64,000 nt of DNA from the NCBI GenBank assembly GCA_002269645.1, contig NIVC01000736.1:310001-374000 (forward strand), in the 5' to 3' direction. Position 1 is the first letter of the stretch. Each line of letters starts with the position of its first letter. Under the pieces are notes generated by a model, which searched no databases, was not told where the DNA came from, and was given only the letters and a program-made list of their open reading frames with translations. The translations under genes were made by a program, and so were the position numbers. The DNA is from Macrostomum lignano (lineage: Eukaryota). Below, piece by piece: positions 63,390-64,000 of this stretch.

Positions 63390-63773
63390 ATCAGGTGTCT
63401 GAGTACTCAGATGCGGTGGGCAGATGGTCCTGGTCACCGACTGGAAGCTCTCTACAGCGCTCTGATCGCCTGTGCTGCTCACATCAACAAAGGTGTAAGG
63501 CAGCGACCAGGTGTGCAGTGTCAGTTGCTGCCTGACGACCACAAGAAGCGACGCATTCGAGTAGCTGGTCGTTTCCAATCGAAGTGCTACAGTTTCATTT
63601 TCAGGCGGAGTATATTTCACAAGAACTTCGAGTGCGCGTTTAGAGCTGATGGAAAAGTTGCGGGCTTGACCAAGCGGAAGTATCGGTTGAGTTTGAGCTG
63701 CAGCTGGTTGCGATGGCAGAATCAGGAATGCCAGCAACAGCACCAGCCTAAGCGTTGAGATCAGCCGAGTCAT
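61021..63773 (-). CDS. SID-1/SIDT/ChUP-family transmembrane protein; exons 63773(or 63788)-62109 and 61896-61021
   Basis: Signal peptide, ectodomain ACGLVSVQRSRCP, IAIFYCLPVFQLV, GNLDECYYNFKC, FNNAVSNVGY, MEGVLSACYHICP...FQFDTTFM, WEGSPAESRESNNDC, DQHDLWH. One phase-0 GT-AG intron. Confidence 0.93.
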
Positions 63774-64000
63774 CGGGATCACCAGTTTCTGAAAGGGGAA
63801 ATGATTGCTTGACTTGAGGGTATGTATTGCTTGTCTGCACTAGCTTTAGAATGTTGATTTCGGATAAGTTTTAACGGGTCTGTTTAACGGGACAGTTGGT
63901 CAAAACAAAACTGATTAGCTTTTCTCTATTTTTCTGCTAATTCTTTTCAATATTTTCTATCAATTTTACTACAACGACTTTGTGCCCCGATAGACACCCA

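Overview
Gene-dense animal genomic DNA, not prokaryotic. GC-rich, CAG-laden exons and minisatellite-filled GT-AG introns fit the flatworm Macrostomum (inference, no search run). Ten protein-coding genes were reconstructed by hand from splice sites: BtpA-family (-), Tbx1/org-1 (-), ABHD6-like hydrolase (-), mitochondrial glutamate carrier SLC25A22/18 (+), seipin (+), HINFP (+), SCFD2 (+), GTPBP6/HflX (-), GABP-beta-like ankyrin protein (-) and a SID-1/SIDT-family protein (-). Also present: a rearranged SID-1 pseudogene, an RTE-type LINE with a 12-bp TSD, an RNase-H-bearing I-group LINE, three hAT-type MITEs, a probable CORE-type SINE and about 38 distinct tandem arrays. Most long ORFs in the track are repeat or antisense artefacts. 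Best leads: GTPBP6 has no in-frame ATG of its own and may take its Met from the flatworm spliced leader; the SID-1 homologue has two extra predicted TM helices; every intron over ~220 bp and every gene 3' flank carries its own minisatellite; and there are candidate trans-spliced operons. Repeat boundaries are approximate (about +/-15 bp).
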